Source of the DNA: a virus
Reading direction: 5' to 3' (one strand)
Length of the DNA stretch: 64,000 bases
IMG/VR virus record: IMGVR_UViG_3300030202_003282
Span: 1-64,000 of that record
A model generated the notes under the pieces. That model had not been told where the DNA came from. It searched no databases and saw only the letters and a list, made by a program, of their open reading frames with translations. Shown one piece after another: positions 48,201-55,635 of this stretch. How positions within the stretch are numbered: position 1 is the first letter of the stretch; the number at the start of each line of letters is the position of its first letter. Made by a program: the position numbers and the translations under genes.

Positions 48201-51200
48201 TTGAAGCAAGTAATCAAGGTGATTTTATTGGACTACCTGTAATTAAATCTGTAGTTAAAAATGAAGATGGTGAAACAGCTATTAGTGAAGAAGCATTAAA
48301 TAAATTTGTAAATGAATTAGAAAACGAATATAATAGAATTAAACGTGAGTCAAATACAGATACAGCAACTGAGGATCTTATAGTAGGATATAATGCCCGT
48401 GAAGCAAATGGTACAATTATACCGGATGAATCAGGTAGAGCATTTAAATTATCTAATACCGGAAATTTAGTTTCACCTAAAAAAGCTAGAAGTATAGATA
48501 GAAGTAGATCTGTAGATGAAATATATGTAGCTCCAGAACAAGCAGAGTTATTATATGATGAAAAAAATCCAACCAATTTAATAATTAGAACACCAGCTAC
48601 TGCAATTAAATTAGGAATACGTAATGGAGAAACTGCTACAGTTGACATAACTAAAAAAGGTAATAAAAAAACACAAGATGAAATAGAAAAATTTACATTA
48701 AGAAGTAGAGGTAAAATAACAGTTGATGAAACTAATATTGATTCTATTATTAAAGCATTTGGAAGTTCTGTAAGTACTACAGAAGTAAAAGATTGGTTTG
48801 ATTTAAAAATAGGTGATAAAAAATGGTGGGTTCAAAACTATAAAATTTTACAATTTTTACAAGGTAAGAAAGCAATGGTTGCTTATGATATTACTAAGGG
48901 AGAAACAGCACCGGTTGATACTCAATCAACACAACCAACTAGTGATGTTGAAACTTATAAAGGTCTTGTTGATATCAAAAACTTAAAAGATAATGAAGAT
49001 ACTGCATTTGGATCTAATCAATTTGGATTTCATGGTGGTGGTACGGCAGGAATACTTTATGCAAATGATCCAAGAGCTTACAAAAAACAAGAGATTGAAG
49101 GCAAAGGTCTTAGAGTAGAAGTAGGTAAAGCTAGAGGATTTCAAACGGGTATAGAAGGTTCATCTTATGCATTACAAACTGTAACTGATTGGAAACTTAA
49201 AATGAATGATCCTAAAAGACAAGTTTCTAAATCTGAAATTACAAGTCAGATAAAAGACATGTATGATTACTATAGAAAAAACTCTGATAGAAAAGTATAT
49301 GTACTTTATACAACAGGTGGTAAAAACTTAAACGGGTATAGTTCTTTAGAGATGGCAAAAATGTTTGCATCTGCAGGTCCAATACCGTCTAATGTTGTTT
49401 TCAATGAAGACTTAATAGCTTTAGTAGACACCGCTTCTCAACCAATAGAACAAACTAGTGAGGTTGAAGCAGAAGAAGGTAGTGAAGCAATTCAACAAAC
49501 TAAATTATCAGAATCTCAGATTTTTGAAGATTTAAAAACTAAATTAGAAGAAAAAGCTAAAGCAGGAAGATCATTTAAACAAGCTCTTAATGAAATACCA
49601 GGTATTGATCAAAATATACTTAAGAGTTTAATGGAAGAAAGATTGATGGAGGAGTTTCAAGATTTTAGAATTACACTAGATGAAATTAATGCAACTAATT
49701 CTATATCCTCTAAGATTTTAGATGGCTTCTTTAATGAGAATAATAAAGTTGGACCTCTTGAAAATGATGCAATGAATGCATTAAATTTAAGAACAGAAGA
49801 CCCTGATTTTAACTTAATGCAAATTTATTTTAATGATTGGCTTAATTCAAAATCCTTTAATGATGTTATATTAGGAGATCAAGCAATGTCATTAAAAGAT
49901 GCTGTAGAAAAAATTAAAAGAGCTAAAGCTAATAATGCAGCTGGATATAGTGCACAAACAGATATATATAATGAAGATATAGATATACTACATCCTGTTG
50001 AAAATATTTCTTTGTTTACTATAACAGATCCTAAATACAAACAATTGTTTGATTTTGGAAAAGAAGGAGAAGGAGATAAAGCTGATGCTCAGATGTGGAT
50101 GACAATTAAAGCATTTCAATATATGTGGTTTGGTTTTGGTAAATTAAATGCAAAACAAAATGCCATTATACAAAAATTAAAGAAAGGTGAAAAATTAACT
50201 TCTGAAGATATATTTGGTAATCCAGAAACAGGAGCTGAAGGTTTAAAATCATTTAATGCATTTATAAATTCTAAAAAACTAGTATATGCAGATGGAAATA
50301 CTTTCTTAAAAATGTCAGCATTTGTTCTTACTAAACAATTAACATCTAGAAAAAATTCACAAGGACAGTGGGTTGCTAAAGAAAATAGAAAAGAGCTGCA
50401 TAGTCTTAGAGAAAACTTAGAATCTTTTGAAGAAAGAGAATGGAATGAAAATGGTAATGGAACATTAGCAATTGCTACACCAATGTCAGCTAGCAAAATG
50501 TTTAAGTCAAGTGTACTTAATGAAGAAAAGTTATTTTCAAGTTCAGAAAATTTAGCTGTAGATCAATCTACAACACTTAGTGCAAAATGGATGAGACTTC
50601 AAATGATAAATCCATCTGGTAAAGTAACTATTACTGATCCTACACAAATGAAAAGTTTAGTTACTAGTGAACAAAATGATGCAACAGAAGTTTGGATTAA
50701 TGGTGAAAAAACTGATTTAGGAACTATAAGAAAAGCTTATCAAAAATCTACTTCAAATAGAGCTCAGTTAAAATTTATTAATCAAAGAAATTTATTACTT
50801 GATTTTAATGTAGAAACTGCAATGCGGGAATTAGAAACAAGTAAAATAGAAGGAGATTTTACAGTAGATTTACATTCATTTTTAGAATATGCAATAGAAG
50901 GATTAGAATCTTCTCAATCATCTGCAAGTATAATAGAGTATTTTAGACAAGATGCGGATGGACAATCAAGAAATTTAAATAACCCTATTACAATAAATAA
51001 ATTTGAACAATTATTTTTATCATATTTTAGTAAGCAAGTATTTAGAGAAAAAATTCCAGGACATAAAGTTTCTTTACTTTCTGGAAAGGGATTTAAAGTA
51101 TATAGAAAAGTATTAAGTGTTGATGAAAATGGTCAACCAGAAAGATCTGAAATAATAAGAGATGATCAATGGGAAGCAATGTCTGAAAATGAAAGACCAG

Positions 51201-54200
51201 CTCTTTTTAAAACAGAATATGATGATGTAAAAAATAAAACTTTTGTAGGATTAGAGCAAGCATTAAAAAGTAATATAAAAGGTGGAGTTGTTGTTTTAGA
51301 TGAACTTAAATTTAATGTAAAAGAGTTTGATGAAAATGGTAATGAAACTGGACAAAGATATGCTGAATATATAATGCCTCCTCATTTTAAATCAATAATG
51401 GATAAAATTATTGCAACAGGTGGAGAAACAATTACAGCTTCTGAAATTCAAAAGAAATGGAAAACTTGGGCTAATACAAAATCTTATTCTCCTAAAGCTG
51501 ATGATTATATAGTAAGATCAAAAATAGAAGGATTTGATGCAAATAGATCTAAAAAAGAATATGCTGTTGCATTTGGTTATGCAACAACAACAAACAAAAA
51601 AGGAGACATTGTATTTTTATCAAAAAATGGTAAAGGTCTTGCTAATATTCCAGAAACTGTTGCTAAAGCATTTGGTGTACGTATTCCATCACAAGATATG
51701 CATTCATCTATTAATTTAAAATTAGTTGATTTTATGCCTGCATATTATGGTTCAACTGCTGTATTTCCGGATTCATTAATTGAAGTATCTGGTGCGGATT
51801 TTGATATTGATGCTCTATACATGCAGATAAAAGACTTTTATGAAGATGGGAATTCTTTTAAATCTTACGGTAGTGCAACTACTAAAATAGGAAAGTATAG
51901 AGAATATATTGACTATCAAATGAAAGATGCTTATAAAGGAGGATCTTCATTAGATGCAGCAAGAAAAAAATATTTAGCAAAAGGAGTTAACCGTAATACT
52001 TCATTAACGGATAAACAAAAAGCTAAAGCTAAAGAAGAAGGTTTGAGTGATGATGTTATAGGAGCATTAATGGTGTTAGGATTACCTATAACTCAAAAAC
52101 AATATGAAACTTATAAAGCAGAGCGTTCTTATACAGTTGGAAAAGGAGAAAATAAAATAGAGTTTGAACAAGAACCATATGCAGCTCCTATAAATAATGA
52201 TGTGTTAGATCAAAAATTTGCATTGTTAGGAAATGAAGCAATGACACTTACAAAAGATGGAAGACAAGTTCCTATTGCATATGAATCAGCTGTATTAGAT
52301 CCATTACTAGAAGAATGGGATTGGATTCAAGAAAACTTACCAGAATTAGCAGAATTAACACAAGAAGATGATGTAGATGTAGATAATTTAAGCGGTAAAT
52401 TAAAAGCATGGACAAACAATAAAGAAGGTGCAAGAGGAATTGGTGCTGCAGTATTACCAAATGTTATTCTTAATTTACTTAAAGAAGCCCGTGTAAAATA
52501 TAGAAGTATTAAAGTTGATGGTAGAGAAACATATCCTCAAATAAGATATAATGGAGTAACCTTTAATGAATTTGGTACAGAAATAGAAATTGATCCAATA
52601 ACTAAAAAAGAAAAGGTTGGTGGAGAAAGAACTCAATTTGTTATATCTGCACTTATTACAGCAATGACTGATAATGCTAAAGAAAGATTAGCTGCAAAAT
52701 TAGGATTAAACAAAGATGCATTAGCAACTGTTGTTAATCTTACTGCATTAGGTGTTCCAATAAGAACATCAATTTTATTAATTAATAACCCAATGATAAA
52801 AAGATTTTATTGGGAAAATTCAAATAAAGAAAATCCAGAAGATGCTGGAATTTTTAAAAGAGTTAAAGATATGTTAACTGGACCTGGCGGATTAGAAGAC
52901 GTGTATTTAAGTTTATATGGAAAAGATCTTGCTACTGATGCTAAACTAGAAGTAACTGATGCAAAGTTATCAGAAGCAATTAAAGAAATGAATGACTTTA
53001 ATTCAGATGAAAGAAAGTCAGGTACTATGTTTAGTTCAAAAAACGCTGAATCAAGAAGGTATAGTAAATCAATGTTTCAAAGAGATTATAAAATTTTAAA
53101 ACAATGGCAAAGTGCTCATAGACTTAAAAAGTTTACAGGTGAGCTTCAAAGTGTAGTTAATCTTGCAAAAACATTAGGTCAAAACTTTCAAAATGTTCAA
53201 GATAGAAATAATGCTGTTGAAAATTTAGGATTGTTTTATGAAGGACCGTATTCTTCTTTAACAATGTCAAATATAACTAATGAACCAATTGGTTTACCAT
53301 TAGAAAATGGATGGCAAAAAATATTTAAAGGTGATGATCAAACATTCCATGGAAACAATCTTAATATGGATAGACAATTGCAAGATCTTTTACCTAAAAT
53401 CTTTTTATCTAAAACTGAAAAATTCCAAGATATATTAAATGTTACACTTAGTAATATGAATCAAAGAGTTTTACAAGATAGATATAAGGGTTCAAAATTA
53501 TATGATAAAATAAGTACAGATCTTATTTCATATGTAACAATTAAAGCTTATATCCAAGGACTAAGAAAAGCGGGTAAACCTGTAAGTTTATCATCATTGA
53601 ATAATGGGCTTATCTATAAAGAGAATGGAAGCCCGGTTCAAATAGATGATGTAATAAATAGACTTAGAAAGGTATATGAAGGTAAAGAAAATTATTTTTT
53701 AAATAGATTTATTTTTAATGATTCACAATATAAACCTACAAATACTACTGGTATTAATCAGTTAAAATCTACTACCTGGACAAAAGTATCACCAGCACAA
53801 GTAGAAAAAATTCAAAATGGATTTGCAGATATATTTAGTAATATAGATACTAGATCAGATGCAATACATATAGCTCATTATTTAATGGTTAAAGATGGAT
53901 TGCAGTTTAAAAGCGGAAGTATTTTATCAGCAATGGCTCCTTTTATTTATGATCTTTATTTAGATTATGTTGATATAGCACATGAAGCATTTCAAACAGA
54001 AGAAGATAATAAAGCATTTGCAGATATATTTGGTATGAGCCATAAAGAAATGATAGGAGACTTTACATTAGGTTATCTTAAAGCTAACCCAATAAACTGG
54101 ATGTTAAATACTGTTGGTAATAGTGGAAGAAAAAATGGAAGAAATATAGGTGTATATGCACCAGGTGAAAACAAATATCAAATTGGATCATTTAAAATTG

Positions 54201-55621
54201 AAAATGTTGAAGCAGATCAAGATAATGCATATGTATTTTCAGAATCTCAAGGTTATAAAGGGAATGCAAAAATTAAAGATCTTGATAATGCATTTGGTAT
54301 TCAGTTTAAAAAAGATGCTGGAATAACTGAAGAAAGTTATTTTACTAATGATGATTTAGCAGATTTTCAAGAATTGATTGATGCTCAAATTGATGCTATA
54401 TTAGATGACGGAAGAAATGTTATTTTTCCTAGAACATTTTTAAGCAAAACTGAAAAAACAAATATTGCTAAATATGGTCCTGAAATTTTTAATTACATGC
54501 AACAAAGAATGCAAGATGTATTTAATTATAATATAAAAACTAATGATATAACAGCTGAAGGAAAAATAAGTGAAAAAGCTGCTGCTAATAGACCTGCATT
54601 AATATTAGAAACTGAAGAAGGAAATGGATTAATAGTAGATGTATATAATGGTGTAATAGCAAGACCTTCTGAAACAACATCAAAAAATGAAATTAATGAA
54701 AGATTTTATAGTAATGTAAGTAAAAAAGCTAATAAACAAGTAAGTATTAATCTATCAACTTTAGAAAGAACTCATGGTTTTAAAACAGTTAGAGTAGACA
54801 CTAAAGATGGATTAAGAACAGAAATAATTTTTCCTGCAGAGCTTAGAGTAAAAGAAATGATTGCAGAAAAAAATGAAAATGGAAGATTAATTAAAACACC
54901 TTTTATTAGAACGTTTGAATTAAAAAAGATTTGGAGTGGGACTAAAACAGGATCAACAGAATTATTGACTACAAATCAACCAGTAGCTATTGGCAATAGA
55001 GCTGAATATATAGAAACTACTCCGGTTGGTTCAAATCAAGCAACTCCAATTGCATTTTCATTTGATGGTGAAGTTCCAACATATGAAAACATTAGAAGAG
55101 GAGTGCTTGAAAGAGAAGAAGGAGATAATGATAATGAAGACAGCAATCCATTTAGTGCTGGTGTTATAGGCAATAAAAAATTTATAACTAAAGAAGATTT
55201 AGCTAAAGAACAAGCAGTACAAAATGGAAATATTAAAGCAGATGAAAATGAAATACTTGTAAATGGTGAAAATATTGCAGGTATTAATAAACAAGAAGAA
55301 ATTGAACCTACTATAGAAGATAATGGGTTAAATGAAACTACAGTTGTAGATCCTACAGATAGTGGACCTAGTATTGATATAGAAGCTTTAGGTTATACAT
55401 TTCCTGGTTCTGTTGATGAATCTTTTGTATTAATAGATAACTTTATTGAAACTGAAATAAAATCTAAATCTAAAGCTGAACAAACAGAACTTTGGAAAAA
55501 GATGAAAGAAAATAGTGAAGGTATAATTAAAGATGAAGAATCAACTATAGAGGCATATCAAGACAGTGTGTTTGAAACTGAAGAAGAATTCATTGATTAT
55601 CTAAAAAAATGTATAATTTAG
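39287..55621 (+). CDS. Giant virion-packaged RNA polymerase (5444 aa) with zincin-like and accessory domains
   Basis: GVRIPSQ...SGADFDIDALY catalytic motif (DFDID at 51797-51811) as in phi14:2 gp66; AMTDNAKE; KIKRAK; HEAFH...EEYMADEF zincin motif at 45971. Confidence 0.9.
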   Translation: MEDFNQLDPQLPDPTDPNGEFNNLLDPNLNYGKPGAPDMPVIDPNFADEVANRGLHTDLGYQMRQEFDYKPIQEYLAPDIHEGWTNAVNMETANMIQANAPMINASSIGGVSNTLGSKPGPAGLDWNPSGPTEDDRWLNQLSNTTISEDQTQPEMLGDPMEFGIRSSNFERYYNHPNFQKLGFNPYVDNESYYNANSSAWDDSLRMWPQFGGQYATGFSSIFRSIGDLFDDDPYFTAADIESAQEMQDQMRIGMSSRGGASGFMNNLTLNLGYTAGIVSEMALEELVLWGAAALQGGMNPASDAMAVASGANVIRRFGNLVKGGFGFVKMAETAKLLKAMTASQTAKAVWNTTKGIGKGAGKFFTPNTLYAMKYWRTTGKAAEGLTNMAKVSRTAGAFYRDVRAVNLAVSESKLEGGLVYNERMSAGLAQWYAKPENKGKQPTAQDLQEIQVNAANAASSTALWNIPFIYATNKLVLDGALTGFKPISRLMDESLSGWQRRVMRQAATKGGMPQKNIWKKISKGKLGGWLPSTQMMKQWTIKGSMKRGAAGSLRYFSGNLGEGVQELYQEAVSHGIKDYYSAIFDDPAMAGSDAMLASAGEGIKSQWGAQGGEVFLSGFLMGGLIQGPQKLFFEGVPALYQSKFQKEKWNEYQKNKEDYIDLAVENLNNVHNSQVDNPDKFMDFDKMNFVAQKQAAEEMMKSAYENDVYGFYNHKDDLKYRALYSVLGEYKMKGYLKDQLKDYLKLDDKMLAEAFPGNQADIKNGKFRERIQDMIGQIDQHDKIVRKDMRQNKNPYDRTQFEDGSTEWKRELLRERAWEHARFLKLFTRNKWKRAGERIQEIDKELESHPVLSKLAANDLIALSDVETLDREITLLREDLKLTKGETKKEKELLKSKTDRLRLLENVNKVLNDETNYNKTGQRRGHFNKKKLNSLEKPVVKYLEYLAKERNQNIEWGEVKGLIGLLVDRTNLKDDSLKYGRSVRFMENPKEFEKIVDKTFEYLEKRFKNAKSELRKRMKKYAAQQEGIGLVKAFENLNEGSGVIPTPEALDYFFKSEDATVFLQQTEDGTLVNLVTESGGINKESSPLVYNEIVRLVGQYNRAQGQTESESAEDMSMGDEFDVEYETDETSEKATDDQVKKPKRKVEILKPQAEEVLNKKHKSHVSKTITEGGKKPLSPEGFRKSKEGQNIIKTFIRLEEKYQNYLNSVPEGQNQLQFEQWLASNETNPEIADIVNNAGLAFSDLSGKENPQNLPADKLQPSDKEVKDYQIPGLHLIERTGESGDTTITYYVILDENGNNTYNTYKGLSTAKTKINDTYTTLDDAKKAWRKIEENMPDDTPFEFDGEQLFHGAIVNNKKTKDKYVVISTPKGLAKGKQMGKRKLFLLPLNLVDAPKAQKNKGTLKLNAGEFKNKYELIDETFEPALTNTSKLNPNEFTTFYAWENKIAGESKADAQMRMDYILNNLTNEELNNLEFEIIRNKEVTAPEPFQIKQSKDGKTYEPNNQVLIGSERYGIALVIKDPAVRVKVETILAESKAFAELLDSTGNPSGKYLNENGTVAFYGAAKQRVFKDSSGNTIEVPNMTSAQIRQIFRPSYSGTALYLDKSIKDGYAKQQYILEQLLKAKEAGAVSVPVSNLDGGIILKSSPGRLAYVSKGSALVPLSELSNYSADNNGNVLILDNQRVDTEYTKKDLEQLEKDNPDTIYKVDNQGKVYKVAGNPISNLKGKALTKLYNEVKAGMGNYLNSAMAAGRYVAIIKLPNGVYTYAELQSQKLNEEEISDVLVDIKERATKTIKDNVVKEENEPWSDATVKDEFYNTKISKTYPEGYNNELNKKFYIYSLPGYTVSMKVSSYGYVQIEFYNQKNSDKTFTIKINQDQISEMKPDIANFNALVGEIATDFITGNENLSKSQKQALETLVAGGTIFSTDNFRKSIDRKITNVDDIINNVDSKIDSRIRYDVGLLIDVTDSSVIQALKVKENITDTPVEETEEPGGSIDLKDLQNQDPTIKLIDDLTDEEFNESRELGFEDISNEQLQAIADKDQNKLSSKESLVIKVLDSRYQPMIAAKAVEMSTAANKRTELQNKRKEVIDEIKLIKAENRTAAGELYPEDNVKMNKERMALNEKSKRLKALEKEQKSIESQLAKGALKVVSESAEVNNPEDLDVFIEWVQTVLPDFVTIGDINTLRERIITNGYTVGAFVMNLKQMSGGIDINGTIFTGENMPSRYHEAFHAVFRMLLTEEEQKVYYDIAAKEVREKLRKEGKVFNEELQKLKNSSVIYSNLSTEQLKKEYYEEYMADEFEKFKKDPKSTKTNSLIKSLFNRFVEWIKSILGNKNRTELTSFFKAINEGKYKNATIQNNAFTDKPSLMNGANIALAQIPIDFVEYETYNPFTKQDETQFQTVYMPSRDVDKILHSMAAIYLNRKMNATGVWIGADQLEDVMDQFALMFNPESETNLMKPDLDQMEDQLALYNEAFENSITRMEIRNAVEKVLSLADIQISEEEEIIDAQEETNGLRDTSQWDLDASMIGGYSSLASSLRQFIMTTAVETSDSFGNTELPSGEKLIVPVNFVEAYNLLLKASANRTSSQDVLKAMNAFTLNGNHEGAAVVDRIFTEIGISRDDVLAGDFDNVKNPYFYTSVIKAFDQVRLDYIFVHRDEDGNVLLYDAASRDDAKSQFNHWNDAYDMQFDKLRFDSKLREEIIEKLRELQTEYFGESMASLDGKAADTLIQDSEEYSNFIQDKLGISLSPTYIQYSILDNVVTKNESQQALMDVYTAEVLDFEDLEQMMLHLSLNQNLFVQEEGEGIRGRLEKLARGNAAFDERIGASVFRNPNGDLVYAHQLPTMHTVKINELNDINNLEDLKDGAYLERNALLNDPYFYQLATEKRIKVLRIAGSKEGGTIDEDTLVETSGMSNDVSGVTYGDSTPQEFIVDLINVYTYFYNTNKKEVEGVSIGDDIPRALAPSLIRVIEASNQGDFIGLPVIKSVVKNEDGETAISEEALNKFVNELENEYNRIKRESNTDTATEDLIVGYNAREANGTIIPDESGRAFKLSNTGNLVSPKKARSIDRSRSVDEIYVAPEQAELLYDEKNPTNLIIRTPATAIKLGIRNGETATVDITKKGNKKTQDEIEKFTLRSRGKITVDETNIDSIIKAFGSSVSTTEVKDWFDLKIGDKKWWVQNYKILQFLQGKKAMVAYDITKGETAPVDTQSTQPTSDVETYKGLVDIKNLKDNEDTAFGSNQFGFHGGGTAGILYANDPRAYKKQEIEGKGLRVEVGKARGFQTGIEGSSYALQTVTDWKLKMNDPKRQVSKSEITSQIKDMYDYYRKNSDRKVYVLYTTGGKNLNGYSSLEMAKMFASAGPIPSNVVFNEDLIALVDTASQPIEQTSEVEAEEGSEAIQQTKLSESQIFEDLKTKLEEKAKAGRSFKQALNEIPGIDQNILKSLMEERLMEEFQDFRITLDEINATNSISSKILDGFFNENNKVGPLENDAMNALNLRTEDPDFNLMQIYFNDWLNSKSFNDVILGDQAMSLKDAVEKIKRAKANNAAGYSAQTDIYNEDIDILHPVENISLFTITDPKYKQLFDFGKEGEGDKADAQMWMTIKAFQYMWFGFGKLNAKQNAIIQKLKKGEKLTSEDIFGNPETGAEGLKSFNAFINSKKLVYADGNTFLKMSAFVLTKQLTSRKNSQGQWVAKENRKELHSLRENLESFEEREWNENGNGTLAIATPMSASKMFKSSVLNEEKLFSSSENLAVDQSTTLSAKWMRLQMINPSGKVTITDPTQMKSLVTSEQNDATEVWINGEKTDLGTIRKAYQKSTSNRAQLKFINQRNLLLDFNVETAMRELETSKIEGDFTVDLHSFLEYAIEGLESSQSSASIIEYFRQDADGQSRNLNNPITINKFEQLFLSYFSKQVFREKIPGHKVSLLSGKGFKVYRKVLSVDENGQPERSEIIRDDQWEAMSENERPALFKTEYDDVKNKTFVGLEQALKSNIKGGVVVLDELKFNVKEFDENGNETGQRYAEYIMPPHFKSIMDKIIATGGETITASEIQKKWKTWANTKSYSPKADDYIVRSKIEGFDANRSKKEYAVAFGYATTTNKKGDIVFLSKNGKGLANIPETVAKAFGVRIPSQDMHSSINLKLVDFMPAYYGSTAVFPDSLIEVSGADFDIDALYMQIKDFYEDGNSFKSYGSATTKIGKYREYIDYQMKDAYKGGSSLDAARKKYLAKGVNRNTSLTDKQKAKAKEEGLSDDVIGALMVLGLPITQKQYETYKAERSYTVGKGENKIEFEQEPYAAPINNDVLDQKFALLGNEAMTLTKDGRQVPIAYESAVLDPLLEEWDWIQENLPELAELTQEDDVDVDNLSGKLKAWTNNKEGARGIGAAVLPNVILNLLKEARVKYRSIKVDGRETYPQIRYNGVTFNEFGTEIEIDPITKKEKVGGERTQFVISALITAMTDNAKERLAAKLGLNKDALATVVNLTALGVPIRTSILLINNPMIKRFYWENSNKENPEDAGIFKRVKDMLTGPGGLEDVYLSLYGKDLATDAKLEVTDAKLSEAIKEMNDFNSDERKSGTMFSSKNAESRRYSKSMFQRDYKILKQWQSAHRLKKFTGELQSVVNLAKTLGQNFQNVQDRNNAVENLGLFYEGPYSSLTMSNITNEPIGLPLENGWQKIFKGDDQTFHGNNLNMDRQLQDLLPKIFLSKTEKFQDILNVTLSNMNQRVLQDRYKGSKLYDKISTDLISYVTIKAYIQGLRKAGKPVSLSSLNNGLIYKENGSPVQIDDVINRLRKVYEGKENYFLNRFIFNDSQYKPTNTTGINQLKSTTWTKVSPAQVEKIQNGFADIFSNIDTRSDAIHIAHYLMVKDGLQFKSGSILSAMAPFIYDLYLDYVDIAHEAFQTEEDNKAFADIFGMSHKEMIGDFTLGYLKANPINWMLNTVGNSGRKNGRNIGVYAPGENKYQIGSFKIENVEADQDNAYVFSESQGYKGNAKIKDLDNAFGIQFKKDAGITEESYFTNDDLADFQELIDAQIDAILDDGRNVIFPRTFLSKTEKTNIAKYGPEIFNYMQQRMQDVFNYNIKTNDITAEGKISEKAAANRPALILETEEGNGLIVDVYNGVIARPSETTSKNEINERFYSNVSKKANKQVSINLSTLERTHGFKTVRVDTKDGLRTEIIFPAELRVKEMIAEKNENGRLIKTPFIRTFELKKIWSGTKTGSTELLTTNQPVAIGNRAEYIETTPVGSNQATPIAFSFDGEVPTYENIRRGVLEREEGDNDNEDSNPFSAGVIGNKKFITKEDLAKEQAVQNGNIKADENEILVNGENIAGINKQEEIEPTIEDNGLNETTVVDPTDSGPSIDIEALGYTFPGSVDESFVLIDNFIETEIKSKSKAEQTELWKKMKENSEGIIKDEESTIEAYQDSVFETEEEFIDYLKKCII
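48937..49468 (+). repeat. 16-bp direct repeat AACTAGTGA(T/G)GTTGAA flanking an inserted domain
   Basis: Copies at 48937-48952 and 49453-49468; one mismatch; 516 nt (172 codons) apart. Confidence 0.8.
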
Positions 55622-55635
55622 AATAAAAAAAAAAG

